Source: Phoronis australis (Eukaryota > Animalia > Phoronida). From it: a DNA stretch of 64,000 bases. The DNA lies in NCBI GenBank assembly GCA_002633005.1, contig NMRA01000004.1, forward strand, positions 1,245,793-1,309,792, in the 5' to 3' direction. The notes under the pieces are model-generated. The model was not told where the DNA came from. It saw only the letters and a list, made by a program, of their open reading frames with translations, and ran no database searches. Shown piece after piece: positions 48,761 through 61,345 of the stretch. The translations under genes were made by a program, and so were the position numbers. Within the stretch, counting starts at the first letter, position 1. Every line of letters starts with the position of its first letter.

Positions 48761-49514
48761 CGGACTTCTTTTCCACTCATTAAAACTACCTTGCACATGT
48801 ATGTATGTGTTTTACCTCAGGCAATATAGTTACTTCTGCTTGTTTAACTTCTTGGTAAGTAAACCATGTTTTGTGAGTGCAGACAAGAGTTTGAGAGATC
48901 AGCGAATTGAGTTTACACGTCCATGAGCCAAGCAAGGAAGTGAAGAGTCACACTCCATGCATGTAAGTGAGCAAGCCATGTTGTCCAAGTAGCTTGTGTT
49001 TATCCAACAATGGTTAATTGAGCTACACCCTGCAATTATAGTAGAAATTGCAGGCTAATTACTTATCTCTGTGATTGCTTGGCCAAATTAGTTAGAAATA
49101 CAACGTACAGCGACGATGTGAATACAAAGTAGGTTGAAAAATTGTCAAATGTTTTTAAGAAAGAGTTTGTGCCTAAAATGATAAGCATTAAATCAATCAA
49201 CCGTGTCGAGTAAGTATCGCGACATGTTGCGGAATAACACTGTATGATGCGGCGATGTGAGCCCCCAAGGTACGTCATTAGTGCAAAGTTCACCTATTTT
49301 CAAAATTTTTGTTTTCCCATTTACAAATTGTCAATGAATACAAGTGCACTTTGTTTGATAATTTCAAATACCATTTTCGTTTAGTTCCTGATATACATTA
49401 GCATAGTTAAGAGTGTGCAAATACATCTTTAAGGCAACATATGAAAATCCAACAACTTCAGACAGGATAAAAAATGCTAGCCGTCAAAGCCATCTCTTTA
49501 AAAGGAGGAGTTGT

Positions 49515-50477
49515 ACTGGCCGCGGAAATAGCATAAAATAGTTAATAGAAAAATCAAACTCAATACGTAAAAATCGAACCTAATTCGTAAAAATCAACTC
49601 TGTTTGGAAAATCAATCCTAATTTGTAAAAATCAAAACTAATTCGTAAAAACCAATCGTGTTTGGAAAATCAAACCTAACTCGTAAAAATCAAACCGGTC
49701 AGTGGAAACAGGATGGAGCAAAGTGCGCGGAAAGGGCAAGACTAGCTAACCGCTGTTCCAAGAAGCTATTCGTAAGTGGGGCCTGCCTGCACGAGTTCGT
49801 AGTGACAAAGGCTTTGAGCTGCGTGTTATATGCTGTCACATCCCTTGAGGGAACCAGGGCAAGGTGCCTTAATAAGTGGTCACTCTGTCCACAGAATTGA
49901 GCGCTAATGGATAGACGTCCATGAAACTGTATTGAGACAGTTCTAGGATTAGTTTTTTTCATTTTAGGGATGACAGGTCATCATTCCTGACAGCGAATTG
50001 GCCCTCGCTGTTTTGGGCTGTGCCTATCTACTAAGAGACAACAAGAACTTAGTTTGCTTGTTAACATGGGAAGTAACCATAAAATCAGACTGCTAACTCA
50101 AAGGCCCCAATGAAGTTATTCATTTGAGGCATGAATACCGTATCTGGAGGGGAGGGTGTTATACCGGAAGAATGTTTAGGATCAGTAAGTTTTCATACAA
50201 ATCCAATTAAATCAAAGAAAATTTATATCTAACCCGCTGCACAGGGCAGTCTTCCAATAATGTTCCGTGTTTTGGGTAAGTTATTTATGTAAAATTAGAC
50301 GTAAACAATGTTGGAAAGTGTGTGAAATATCATGTCATCAACCGTGGAGAAGGGGAAGGGGCGTGAGAGGGGGTTCAAACGTATTAATTTGCTCATCCGC
50401 CGACAGGTTTGGTTCTCCAAACAAGTTTGATTTTTTAAGAAAATAGGATTGATTTTTGCCCTTTCCGAGGCCCAGAG
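49515..50477 (+). mobile_element. IS3EU-like DNA transposon remnant with tandemly repetitive inverted ends
   Basis: 49753-49922 reads LFQEAIRKWGLPARVRSDKGFE..SGHSVH-RIER*WIDVH (integrase-core motif). ~20-bp AAAAATCAAACCTAATTCGT units at 49545-49695 are inverted at 50405-50460. Confidence 0.75.
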
Positions 50478-51316
50478 AGTTAACATGCTGAATGATGTCG
50501 TGTATTTGCAACATTAATACAAAGTACCCGTATGTACACTCGAGCATATGAACGGGGCTCAGGAACTACTCTGTGAACTCAGTCACAACTCAACTAATCA
50601 CTCCACATGATTCGATTAAACATTTGTAACTTTACTCGTGCACGGGTAATAGGCCGTCCCTGATTAGGTGGCACTGAATAGTTAGGCTGCGGCCGCGGCT
50701 AATTTGCACTGGCAAAATATTAAAATTTTGGGGTAGGCCAAGTTTGGGGGCATTTTGTAGGTGGGCATTGCATGTAGGCTCAGTGAATGTGGTTTGTTTG
50801 CATTTGTGAACATGCTGAGAATAAAAAAGGCCACTTTCTCGGCTGTAGCTGCACTATTCTTCAAGATGGCGGACCCCGGTTGCAATTGTGCATTGCTGCA
50901 TGGGTAGCGACTGAGAAATTGGCTGCGATTTTAGGTAGCTCTCAAACATGCCAGAATTGCCAAAAAAAGTAGTTGGTTAACAATACTCTTGGACCACATT
51001 TTCGGAATCTGTAGGAAATTTGCTTTCAGAATCTATTGTTAGTTTTAGTCGTGCATCGGCAGGAAAGTGGTGTTTTGGGGTGAAAAGTGCCGATTTTGCA
51101 CTTTTTTTTTAGTCTAGCTTGGTTTTCAGTGGGATTGAAAGGGTCAAAAACACAAGAGAGAATAAAGTTTCTGCGCTCATCTGCAGGGCTTTTTATGTGA
51201 AATAACTGAAAACATGTCATTCTTTGCATCCTGTTTTTGAGTGAAGAAAAGGTGACAAATCAAGTGATGTGGGTTTTGCTGGGCAGCAAAACCCAGTGAG
51301 AACTGTTTTGTGCCTC

Positions 51317-51700
51317 CTTACACAGCCACACTCGAATCTCGCTGTATTTACCCACAATGCCGTAAACATCCGTCAGGCACATTGCTGCCTCGTTTTCGTG
51401 CCATTGCAGTTTCACATGTTTTTTGTTGCTGTCTGATTCTTTACAAGTTTTCTTCGGTTGCATTACTCCTTTCAATGCCAACGAAATATCACTGTTGTGC
51501 TGTAGGCTAAAACTTCGGCGTGAGAAAGTTTGATAAACTGGACAAATACACCGCGGATGCATGATGTGAAATTCTTCGCCTTCCCGACATCAATGACAGA
51601 CACGAAAATATTCCTGATTTCCAAAACGAGATAACGCGCTTTCTCGTATTCGAGGCAAAGGAGAGTTCTACAGTCGTGTAATCCGGGACGGCTGTATTAG
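51317..51700. mobile_element. Second copy of the 16687-17080 MITE family
   Basis: ttacacagccacactcgaatctcgc ... gtgtaatccgggacggctgtattag. Confidence 0.65.
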
Positions 51701-52899
51701 TCAATGTTTGAGTTTGGTTTCCGAATAAGAGACCAGACCCTGGGTCCAGTTCTGTGCCATTCGAGACAATCTATTCTATAGGCTAAGCACAAAATATTGC
51801 ACACGGCTAAGGCTGTTGAAACACAACATGCATGAAAACATCACACAATAGCAAATGGTGTGTTCTACAAAACTTAACTTGACTTCAAGCTCACTAGTCA
51901 ATATATTTTGTAAGTTTTTATTTCAAGTTGCACGGCGCTCAAAACCCTTGAAATACAATCAGAGGAAATTGATGGAAACTGAATATCGATTTCCCAACAT
52001 TTCATTAGATTTATTCAAAGTAGGTAGTACGATAAGACAGTAACACTGCTATTGGTCCTCGTCGGGCTCACAGGTTTGATCCACCAAATTGGTCAAAAGC
52101 AAAATTAAGGGTTTTATGTCTTTCAGTCAAATCAGTTCAAAATGAGCGAATGCCAAGCCGAGTGTCTGCTCTTTGTTTACACAAGTTGTGTATCAATTCT
52201 TGGGTAATTTTTAGAGACAGCAGGATGATTTTTCACCATTAGTGTTGGAATACATTCGGTGATAAGAGTCTGTATCGGAATGCATCGCAAACTTGGAGCT
52301 CAACGAAACTCACGTGTGACCACTTCTTAATCTGAAGGTTGGAATTGCTCTCTGCACACTTTTGCGAACATGTTTTGACAATATTGCGCTTAATATACTG
52401 TAAAAAAGTGTCATGACGGAAGCTGATTAAAGTGCTCTACAACAGTGTGAGAAGGGGCGGACACCAAGGCACGGTGGATATGATTGCTACACTGTGACCA
52501 AGCAGTTTTTAGCCTCTATCTGAGACTAACCCGACTTCCACAACTTCTAAACATTTCCTCTTGTAGGCATACATGTAGTCGCTGTGTGGTAGGCTGACAA
52601 ATATGGCTTCAATTCCCAAACCGACCGCCAGTTGTAAAATTCAAACAGAACAGGAAATAGCTAGATCCAACGCCAACTGTCATACAAATACAAGGAAGCA
52701 CAAAGGTAAACTTGAACGAAAAGTAAATATTTAAGAATTGCGAGAGAAATATTAATAGAAATATAGGATTAGAATGTATTACTACGTGGCATTTTTTCAT
52801 TTGAACATCGATTGGGCACCATCTTCCATTCAAGTTGTTAACAGTTTACATTAATTTGACAGAGCAAAAACAACAATGGCTAATTGGGGTAAATTGGTT

Positions 52900-53790
52900 C
52901 AATCTGTTAATTGATCTTTTCAATGTTTCGTAGTTTATAACGTGGAAATTAAAGAACAATTTCAAGGAAATGCATGAATCAGCATTTACCTTCAATGAAC
53001 ATAGTTTATTATAAGAAAATTATGAATTTGGGTTTTGTGAATTATGAAAAATAATATGTTATGTTGAAAACATCAGTATTGGTCATTTGAAATGAAAAAT
53101 TTCAGTTAGAACATTTAAAGAAACAAAGTTTAAACAAAAATTATTTTTTCAAAACTTAAAGAACCTGAATAGTTTCAACTTTTGCGGAACGCTTAAATTT
53201 CGAAAACCTGGAAAACTTAAAAGTTAACAAAGATAATGAGTTTTATTATTTGAAGAACCACCATCAAATCATTGCACATTTACACCAGTTGATGAACACA
53301 AAATGGCAAAATTTTATGTGGTTAACAAATGCATCAATCAAATTTCCACAAAAACAATAAAAATCCACATTTGAACTTAGTAAACCTTTGACCTATTAAC
53401 CAATCTCCATCTTATTTTTTATAGATACATTACGTATTGCCAAAGTTATGCACGTATATAAACAAAACGAGCTTGGCGATACATTACTTTCCCATTGCAG
53501 ACCAGTATCCACTCTTCATGGCTTGTCTAAAATATTTGAAAAAGTTGTACATGCACTATTTTTGTTCTTTTTACAAGCCAACATTATTCTTTAGAAACAT
53601 AAATATAGTTTTAGCAAAACATTTCAACTGAACTAGCTACACCTGAACTTATCAACAATATGCACAATTTTCTTCTAAATGACACAACCATGTTAATTGG
53701 TTTATCAAATTAATTTGACACCATAGACCATACCATTTCACGACGCAATTAAGCCCTTCACATCATGGTAAAATGCTTGAAATCGGTTAC
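52900..53790 (+). mobile_element. Highly decayed LINE RT fragment; a smaller one lies at ~17980-18275
   Basis: RPVSTLHGLSKIFEK (~53500) and FDTIDH (~53715); MDLAKAFDS at ~18096. Confidence 0.6.
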
Positions 53791-53975
53791 CATCAATTTT
53801 GGTATGGTACTTAAAGTATTTCTTCTTCAATTAGTGTACTTTAATCGAGAAATAAACGCAAAAATTATTTAAAACATTTTGTGTGACGTCATCAGTGGAT
53901 CCGGTCTCCCCCGTTGTGTTATTCTACAACCGCCGCCAGCCGTAATGGTTTCAAAAATTGAGATAGACTGGTATT

Positions 53976-54400
53976 ATGAAAAGTTGCATGTGCGGAGTAT
54001 GCAGTAATTGCAATCGCACAGACAGTTTCTGAAAGACCCTAATGGCACAGGTTCGTGCGTCGGACACGGGTATGGCAGTGCACGGTGGAGCACCCAGGGT
54101 GACTCGGGGGGGGGGGCTCATTTGGCCAAGTGGGCAAAAAGGTCCGCCTCAGACGCAAAAACTCCCAGAAATGAGGCAAAAGACCACTAAAAAGACGCAG
54201 ACGCACAGTGTACCCCGTTTTTTTTAAACCTGCCGATATTTTCAGAAAAAGGTTCACATCAACAGAAATTCGAGCCCCCCACCATACCCACATATTGAAG
54301 GCTGGGTGCGCGCATGGTTCAGAGGCCACGCTGTGCTCAGCCCATTTTGAAGAAGCGTGCTTCGATTCGTCGCAGAAACGAAAATTTGATGAAGGTTTCT
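53976..54400 (+). pseudogene. THAP remnant interrupted by a ~235-bp MITE (~54081-54316), possibly inside a Kolobok element (~53811-55439)
   Basis: MKSCMCGVCSN..WHRFVRRTR before the insert and SEATLCSAHFEEACF after it. The insert has GCACCCAG / CTGGGTGC inverted ends. Confidence 0.65.
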
Positions 54401-56038
54401 CCAATGTGTATGTGTATTTGACGAAGAGAATTTGTATTGTGTTGTGCCATTGCTTGGAACGTAATTGTCAGACTCATTTTTGAGTATAAGCCTCAGAATC
54501 AACTGTGACTGAGATAATGAACGTGGTTGCAGTAAATGTCCACCAGTCTACTCTTGTTCAAGATTTTGTGGGAATGCATGCTATCCACGTATACGTCAAT
54601 GTCCAAATGTAGAAAATGGGATGTGGATGCCAGGCAAATAGTTTGAGGTCACGACCTCAGCCGGCACAGAGGTTTGAGTGGGACCCTGGACTGAAATAAA
54701 AGACGAATCACACCGGTGCAAAGCTTTTCATGATTTTGGAACAGACAAGACAGAAAAGCCATAGTTTATTTACCAGAAATAAAACACAGTTAGCAACACT
54801 GTAATTAGATATGAACGTTTCTGGCAAACGCACTAGGCATTCGAAGAAATGAAATCAATGTCCGCAATTCGCGACTGGGCTTTGACAGTCGGGCTAAAAT
54901 CTTCGCTTAGATTCACAGTCCGAGAACCATATGTTACCCGACCCTGAAGTGGTTAGAAAATTAAATCGTGATGCAATAAAGGCTTTAATTACGACTTTGA
55001 AATCAGGCCTGTTTGCAGAGTAGGCTTCGAGTCGGCTTCACTCGCCGAAGACGCCGGTGCGGAAGGCCGGATCGAGTTCGTAAGGTCTCAAACACGCAAA
55101 GTCTGCAAATATGGCGAGGTCTAATTGTTTTACGTATGATCTGAGTGTCGTCTTCACCCCATCTCCATTCCTGTCTTCATGATACTAATTGTTAAGCTCG
55201 GTTTCTAAATCTTCGTAACTTACAAAATCAATACTATCCACCATTGCACATGTACTGTCAACTGATTAACGTCTTCCACTGGTGACATCAATTGGCGGGA
55301 AACCACAAAATCATTGATTTTTCTTTAAAATTCAAAATTCCTTAATTATTTCTCAAAAGAAGCACTTATTTAGTTAGATTTTATTATATACGGTCCAAAA
55401 TCTCTAAAAGTACAAAAATCTATTGTAGGAAGGCTTTAAACTACACGGTATGAAATAACCAATACTAAATTAAAATAGTTCACAAGTTATCTTAAATCAC
55501 AGATAGTAGTATATTTGTTACGATAATCACAGCTCATCTCTCGTTCAAATCACAACAGGTGTGCCTCACAACTCTATCCTAGGTCCACTACTGCTCTCAC
55601 TCTATGTAAACAATTTACACTTTTCCACCAATGAGGATGTTTCTACGTACGCTGACGTCACTTCCCTCATAACACCTAGTGCATAAACACAAGATACACT
55701 AATATCAATAACTCGGCAGTTCTTCATGCAGAACTCTCTCTTCTAAACATTGAATTGTAGAAAACAGCTGACGCTATTTTTGTGAACGCATATCTACATC
55801 GCTCCTACTAAAACCAGAAATTACTACGGTAATACGCAAAAGTGTGGACTTTGGCCAGAAGAAAGTGATACTTTACACCTATAAGACGCTGGAAGGTTGG
55901 TCAAACTTGATTAGACTAAGTGAAAACAGACATTGAGGCAGTTCCATAACCTAGCTGCTATAGGGTTACCTACAAAGAGGTATCAGAGCTCCGTGCCCGC
56001 CTGCAGTGTATATACAGGTTACGTAACAATAACAAATC

Positions 56039-56610
56039 GTGCCAGGAGGTAAAGGCACACCTGGTGCAGGCGGGACCTGCGACTGGCTTGCGCAACCGGA
56101 CCTTATACCTTCATATATGACCCAAACCGAAAGTAATCCACGTGATATATTTAACAGAGTACTCCTTGAGCAAATGAATGCAAAATTTGAGAAAGTGAGA
56201 AACGATTTGTCTGGTAAAATAGAATCCCTAAGTCGTCAATGCAAGCAAGTTAAGCACGAAAATGTTGATTTGAGACAACAGGTGGCGCACTTCGAAAACA
56301 AGGTGGACGGACGACTTAGAGAACAGATCTAGACGGGACAACTTAGTTTTTCAGGGCATTCCCGAGGGAAATTCTGAATCATGGGAAGAAGTGGAAACTG
56401 CAGTAAAGGAACTAGTCAATAACCACCTAGCGGACATTGTAGTCAACAAACTAGCCTTAAACTCTCCCAAGCCGAGACCAAACGAATGCTTTTCAATCAT
56501 TCACAAAAACACATTACAAATGAAAGCATCTAAAAATCCACAATTTTATAAAAAAAATTTTACCTTCAATCAAATTTCTCGGAATGCGCTTGGACAACCA
56601 CCTCGGTAAG
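56039..56610 (+). mobile_element. Non-LTR retrotransposon ORF1 remnant (coiled coil plus RRM-like)
   Basis: Heptad-rich KIESLSRQCKQVKHENVDLRQQVAHFENKVD, then a frameshift to RSRRDNLVFQGIPEGNSESWEEVE. Confidence 0.75.
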
Positions 56611-57468
56611 AGCAAACACGTTCAAGAAATATCAAATAAGAGGTCAAAAACTTTTGAGTGTTATCAATACTTAAAAGGATACCCGTTTTGATGATTTCAA
56701 CCAATCCTCATTCTGTCACTTGATGACGCATCATAGGCGTCAATCGTCCAATTAAAGGCAGGAATCAACTAAAAAAAACTCATACTCCCTGTGTCTCAAA
56801 TTGGACATTATGGTCCTTGGCGCGTGGTCTTTGCCACAGTTGCCGTGTGATTCGCTACAAGTGTAGGTTACACTTGCCCCTTTACCAGACTTTAAATTTT
56901 CCTCCAAACGTTTGATGGTTGTAGAGTGTTACAGAGCATTATTTTGTTTGAGGCAACCGGATGGGAAAGTCGGTTTTAGTAGCTGTTAATAGGCCTACAC
57001 CGGGTTTAGTATCTTTTTTTTCCTAAACACGATAAACTTTTGATTTATGCCAGTACTTGCTAGGGATTTAACGACTGCTGTCGCCTAAAAACTTTACAAA
57101 AGAAAGCAACCAGAAACATAACAGATTCACATTTTTCGCTCATAACAGGTCATTGTTAAAATCTCTAGACCTTCTGTCTTGATTAAATTTCCCTGTTTTA
57201 AAGCTTTTTGAAACTTCTAATAACTTTCTTCAGTTTTTTTTTTTTCACCAATACCGAACACCGCCACAAACGAATAGCAAATAGGCCTTCGAAGTAGAAA
57301 CCAGAAATAAGAAATATTTATTGTATGTAGGCCTTGGTCTCTTAATACAGTTTACCCTACAATGATAAAATTTCAGATCTTAGCACTGTTGCTCTTGAAA
57401 TGCATAGCGCCTGGTTTTTTGGTTCACAAGATCATGATTTTGAAATAATCAAACTACTCGGGCATTAG

Positions 57469-57606
57469 CAGGGGCGGATCCAGGATTTTTAGTTATGGAG
57501 GCAGGGCAGAGAATTAGCCAGGATTTTGTCTGTCAGACATTCGCACCCCCCCCCCCCCATTGCGAAATGGAATCTGGGAGAGTTTTAGGTGGGGGCATGG
57601 CCACTG
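57469..57606. mobile_element. Short hAT-type MITE with 5-bp flanking duplication
   Basis: CAGGGGCGGATCCAGG...GGCCACTG, flanked by ATTAG at 57464-57468 and 57607-57611. Confidence 0.65.
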
Positions 57607-58849
57607 ATTAGCTGTCATATTCATCAGCCTTCGAAGTTCAACACTTTCATTACTGATGTCCCAACTTTACGTCCCGCAGTACTTATACCAGTTAGCAACA
57701 GGTCCAAATGCACCCGCAGGCACTTTCCGTTTCTAAAAAACAACAATTCTGATTAAATTCACACTCGCTCAATTTACGTATTTTCTAAAACCTTTAAATA
57801 TTCATGTTAAGTAATTGCTCTGAATAGAACGAAATGAGCTGCTTACTTACAGAAATAGATATCCTCAGATTAGTCTCTTATTAGTTTACATACTTAACAC
57901 ATCAATGTGATGAATATATCACTTGTCAATTTCTCTCTCATTTGTTTGTTTAATTGTGCATAACTTACTCAATATGTCTTATTTTCAAGAGCTTTAGCCA
58001 TCGTCAACAGTTGAACAACGCGTACTTAAAATAAACGATGAAATTGTGCTGTGCCTAAAAAGTTCAAAATCTGCTATTTCTGTGAATTATTAACACCTTG
58101 CTTTTTCCATTAGATTAAATATTTCTTAATTTATACCTTATTTTCAATTATGCAATTTAATTCATGTACACTGTATTAATTTCACATGGTCTTAGGGGTC
58201 TGATGTTAACGGTTTGATACCTTCCAAGGGCCACCAACCAACCGTTTTGGAATATCGATTATGTGTATTTTTTGTATTATGGTTTTGAATAAAAAGACAT
58301 GGCGTGACAAAACAATTCGCAGAAACTGATCTCACGTAGTAATGAAGTGTCAGTTTTTTCAAAGCCCTGAAATCATCTCCAATTTGTTTAAGCAACAGTT
58401 TGCGGCCAATATCAAATCTGCAAATGGCCTAAACAAAAACCTGCTTTTGTGATGCGAAGCTGTATGTTACTGCTTTAAGCCTGACAGGGTTTCAGACACC
58501 GCTGGTTTGCACTAATGCGGTGATGGGCCACTGGAAACACGTTTGGCGCGGTCACACCAGGCTAGTTGTGTTGCCGGAAGCCGACGACGGGAAGATTAAA
58601 CAATTTGAATTCCACGTAGCTGACGCGTAAGTGGCGACAACTGGAGCGGTCCACTGTCGCAGTGCTGTTAGTGCAACTCGGAGATGCTTCTCAGTAGAAA
58701 CCAACCTTTAACCAACAGAATGGGAGCTCGCAGTAATTTTCAGTAAAAAGTACCTTCCATCGCAAAAGTCAACTTTTTATTTAGACCATTTGCCGTTATG
58801 AACATAGTCTCAAGTTGCTCCTTGTTCAAAAAGGAAATCATTTAATTCG

Positions 58850-59691
58850 AATTGCAATCTTCACAGGACCACATTTACTTTCAAGGTAATAAACAATGTC
58901 AACAACGTGTCTGTCAAAAAATATTTGATCTATATACTAGACAAGGCCATCGTAGTGATTTGAGATCCTCCACCCCATATGCAATTCCTCCGTCGTTCAG
59001 TCAGGCATTCAGAAGGTCTACAGTCATGATGTGCATCAACAACTGGAATTCTCATCCAGTCTCTGTTAAGGACAGCAACTCTTTTACGAGTATAAAAAAT
59101 AATTTTAGAACTGTTTTTCATAATTTTGATAACTCAACACCCTTGACTCAATTCTCCCTTACCCTCGATAACGAAATAGCATTGTACAGATCAAGATGTG
59201 GCCTTTTCCTCAACTCTGACAAGTTCAGGCACAACTTTAGTAATGTCTCTCCAAACGGAAATGTGGTGACCATCAATCTTATCCTCATATTTTCTTCAAA
59301 TGTCCCCTCATCGAATCCCTGAGAGACTCGCTCTTTCGTGCACTTATTGATAACCAATCAATTGATAACGCTCTCAATTCTTGTAATAATATCCCTACTA
59401 TAGTTACATTATTACTGAATGGTAATCCTAACCTTGACTTCGTTCTCAACGAATTCCTCCTAAGCAACGTTAGCAAATTTTTATGTACCGTTTATCAATA
59501 TTGTTGCATCTGATTTCCCTACATGAATCTGTACATATTTTTGTTTTTATATATCTGTAATAGCATATCTAAGTATTGGAATACTTATTTTAGATACTAC
59601 TTAGTTGTATATACCTCTATGGGTTTGTTATTATTTCTTTGTATGTTCTGTGTATCTTTCAATAAATATATATCACTTAAAAAAAAAAAAA
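58850..59691 (+). mobile_element. 3' end of a 5'-truncated LINE with poly(A) tail
   Basis: INNWNS..VK, LNSDKFRH..SP, CGDHQSYPHIFFKCP..LRDSL zinc knuckle; AATAAA at 59661-59666 and a 13-A run at 59679-59691. Confidence 0.8.
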
Positions 59692-60558
59692 TTCGAATGA
59701 ACGGACACCTCATTTTTCCTGGGATCAGGCTCCACAAGTTTCGGTACTACGACGTTCCAGTTCTTGGCAAACGTGGAAATCACTTCTCATCCGAGTTAGG
59801 AGAGCGGCAAGTGGTCAAAACAAAAGCTCGCTTCGTGGACGGAACGCGGGTTTTATAGCCGTTTTCAAAAGGTCTATCAAGAAGTTTGATGAAGGACACA
59901 TGCACCGTCCTCTCCGTTGTTGCTGCCATTAAATATTAAGAAAAAATCCTATCTCCAGGCAATTCACCCGGACAGTGACACGCAAGCTTCGTGCGTCTAC
60001 TTAATCTTTCATGAATTGTAGATTTCCATGAAGATGACTTTTTGTGTGCTCCCAAGTCAGTCAGTCATTGGGAGTCCTCGAGATTAAATGGGAATGATGC
60101 AACCCTATTTGTCGTCGTCAGGTATGTAAAGGTGAGTACACGTAATTTTGTGAAAACACACAATATTTTGTCACAGAATGGAATTTGCGTTTTGATTGAG
60201 GGGCATCTCGAGTTTGAGATTAGTTGAGCACAGCCTTTAAAAGTTGATCTAATTATTTATGTAACAAAGCCGTGCATGAACGCAATAAAACGTCTTTAAA
60301 AATAAAATATTAACCGGTAACGATACACTCCATCAGTGACAAGTCATCCCAGACGGACTAGTATGACGTAAGCACCGGTCCAATGACCGTAATGCAATTT
60401 TAATTCGCAACAGAGGCACAGATAAATGGATCAGATCCTGAAATGAAATCTTCGATTTTGAACCTGAACTCTGACTTAATTTTGATATTTTTTCAATTGA
60501 CTAAATTTAACTGTGTTTTATTCTATGTTTCAATACATTGTGATAGCCTTTAATTTAA

Positions 60559-61345
60559 GGAGGAATGGAACCCAAAAGCTCGCCAAAATATCTTTTAAAC
60601 AATGCTTGACAAAAGTACCTTCTCGCAACGTCTACTACAGAGATATTCACATTCCCTTGTGAGGGAATTTCCTGAAAGAATCAGAAATCAGAAATTTTTG
60701 AAATTCGAAATTCGCGACAAGGAGAAACTCTGTATTCACCACATAGTTTCTAATCTTCTTGCCACTGATGATAAATGCGCGCATGTGCTCACAGTCATTT
60801 GTCAAACAGCTGCCTGACAAGATGACTATTAACGGCACATTACCATTGTGTGATCGCACTCCGAATCTGAGGTCGGCAGCACAGTATTAAACAAGCCAGC
60901 GAAGCAAGGGATTTCCCAAAAAGAATTCCAAGTGCATTTTGAAATATATTTGAATAATGCGATACTTTTATAACAAATTTTAAACAGTTAGGACTTACGT
61001 CAATTGCTTCATAATCGGGCTGGTTGCTGCTTGAAGCCGCTATTGTTTTATTTACGTCATAGACCAAGGTCATGCTTTCCATATAAGGGAAATGTGCTAC
61101 GTCTACGTCTTACCATACCAAATATGGAGACGTGCTTTACCCAGTGGAAGGAAAAAAAAAGTGGTGAGCTGTTGACAGATGTATTCTTTGAAATTTGAAA
61201 CTAAAAAAATTGATTTGACATCAACAGACACTCAAACTTTTTACGAACGAACCGTAAAAATTCCTGGAGAACAGGTTGAACTCTGTTTCAGTGGCAAGGA
61301 ACCACTTTGAATAATGCAATTCAGTTTTTCGCGTTCCAGGCCTCC
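60559..61345. mobile_element. Kolobok-type non-autonomous element
   Basis: TTAA-GGAGGAATGGAACCCAAAA ... TTTTCGCGTTCCAGGCCTCC-TTAA: TTAA TSD with purine-purine termini. Confidence 0.75.

Noticed and set aside
49545-49695. CRISPR-like array (also 340-556 and 37383-37590)
   Set aside because: Degenerate adjacent repeats with no unique spacers and no cas genes, in eukaryotic transposon context.
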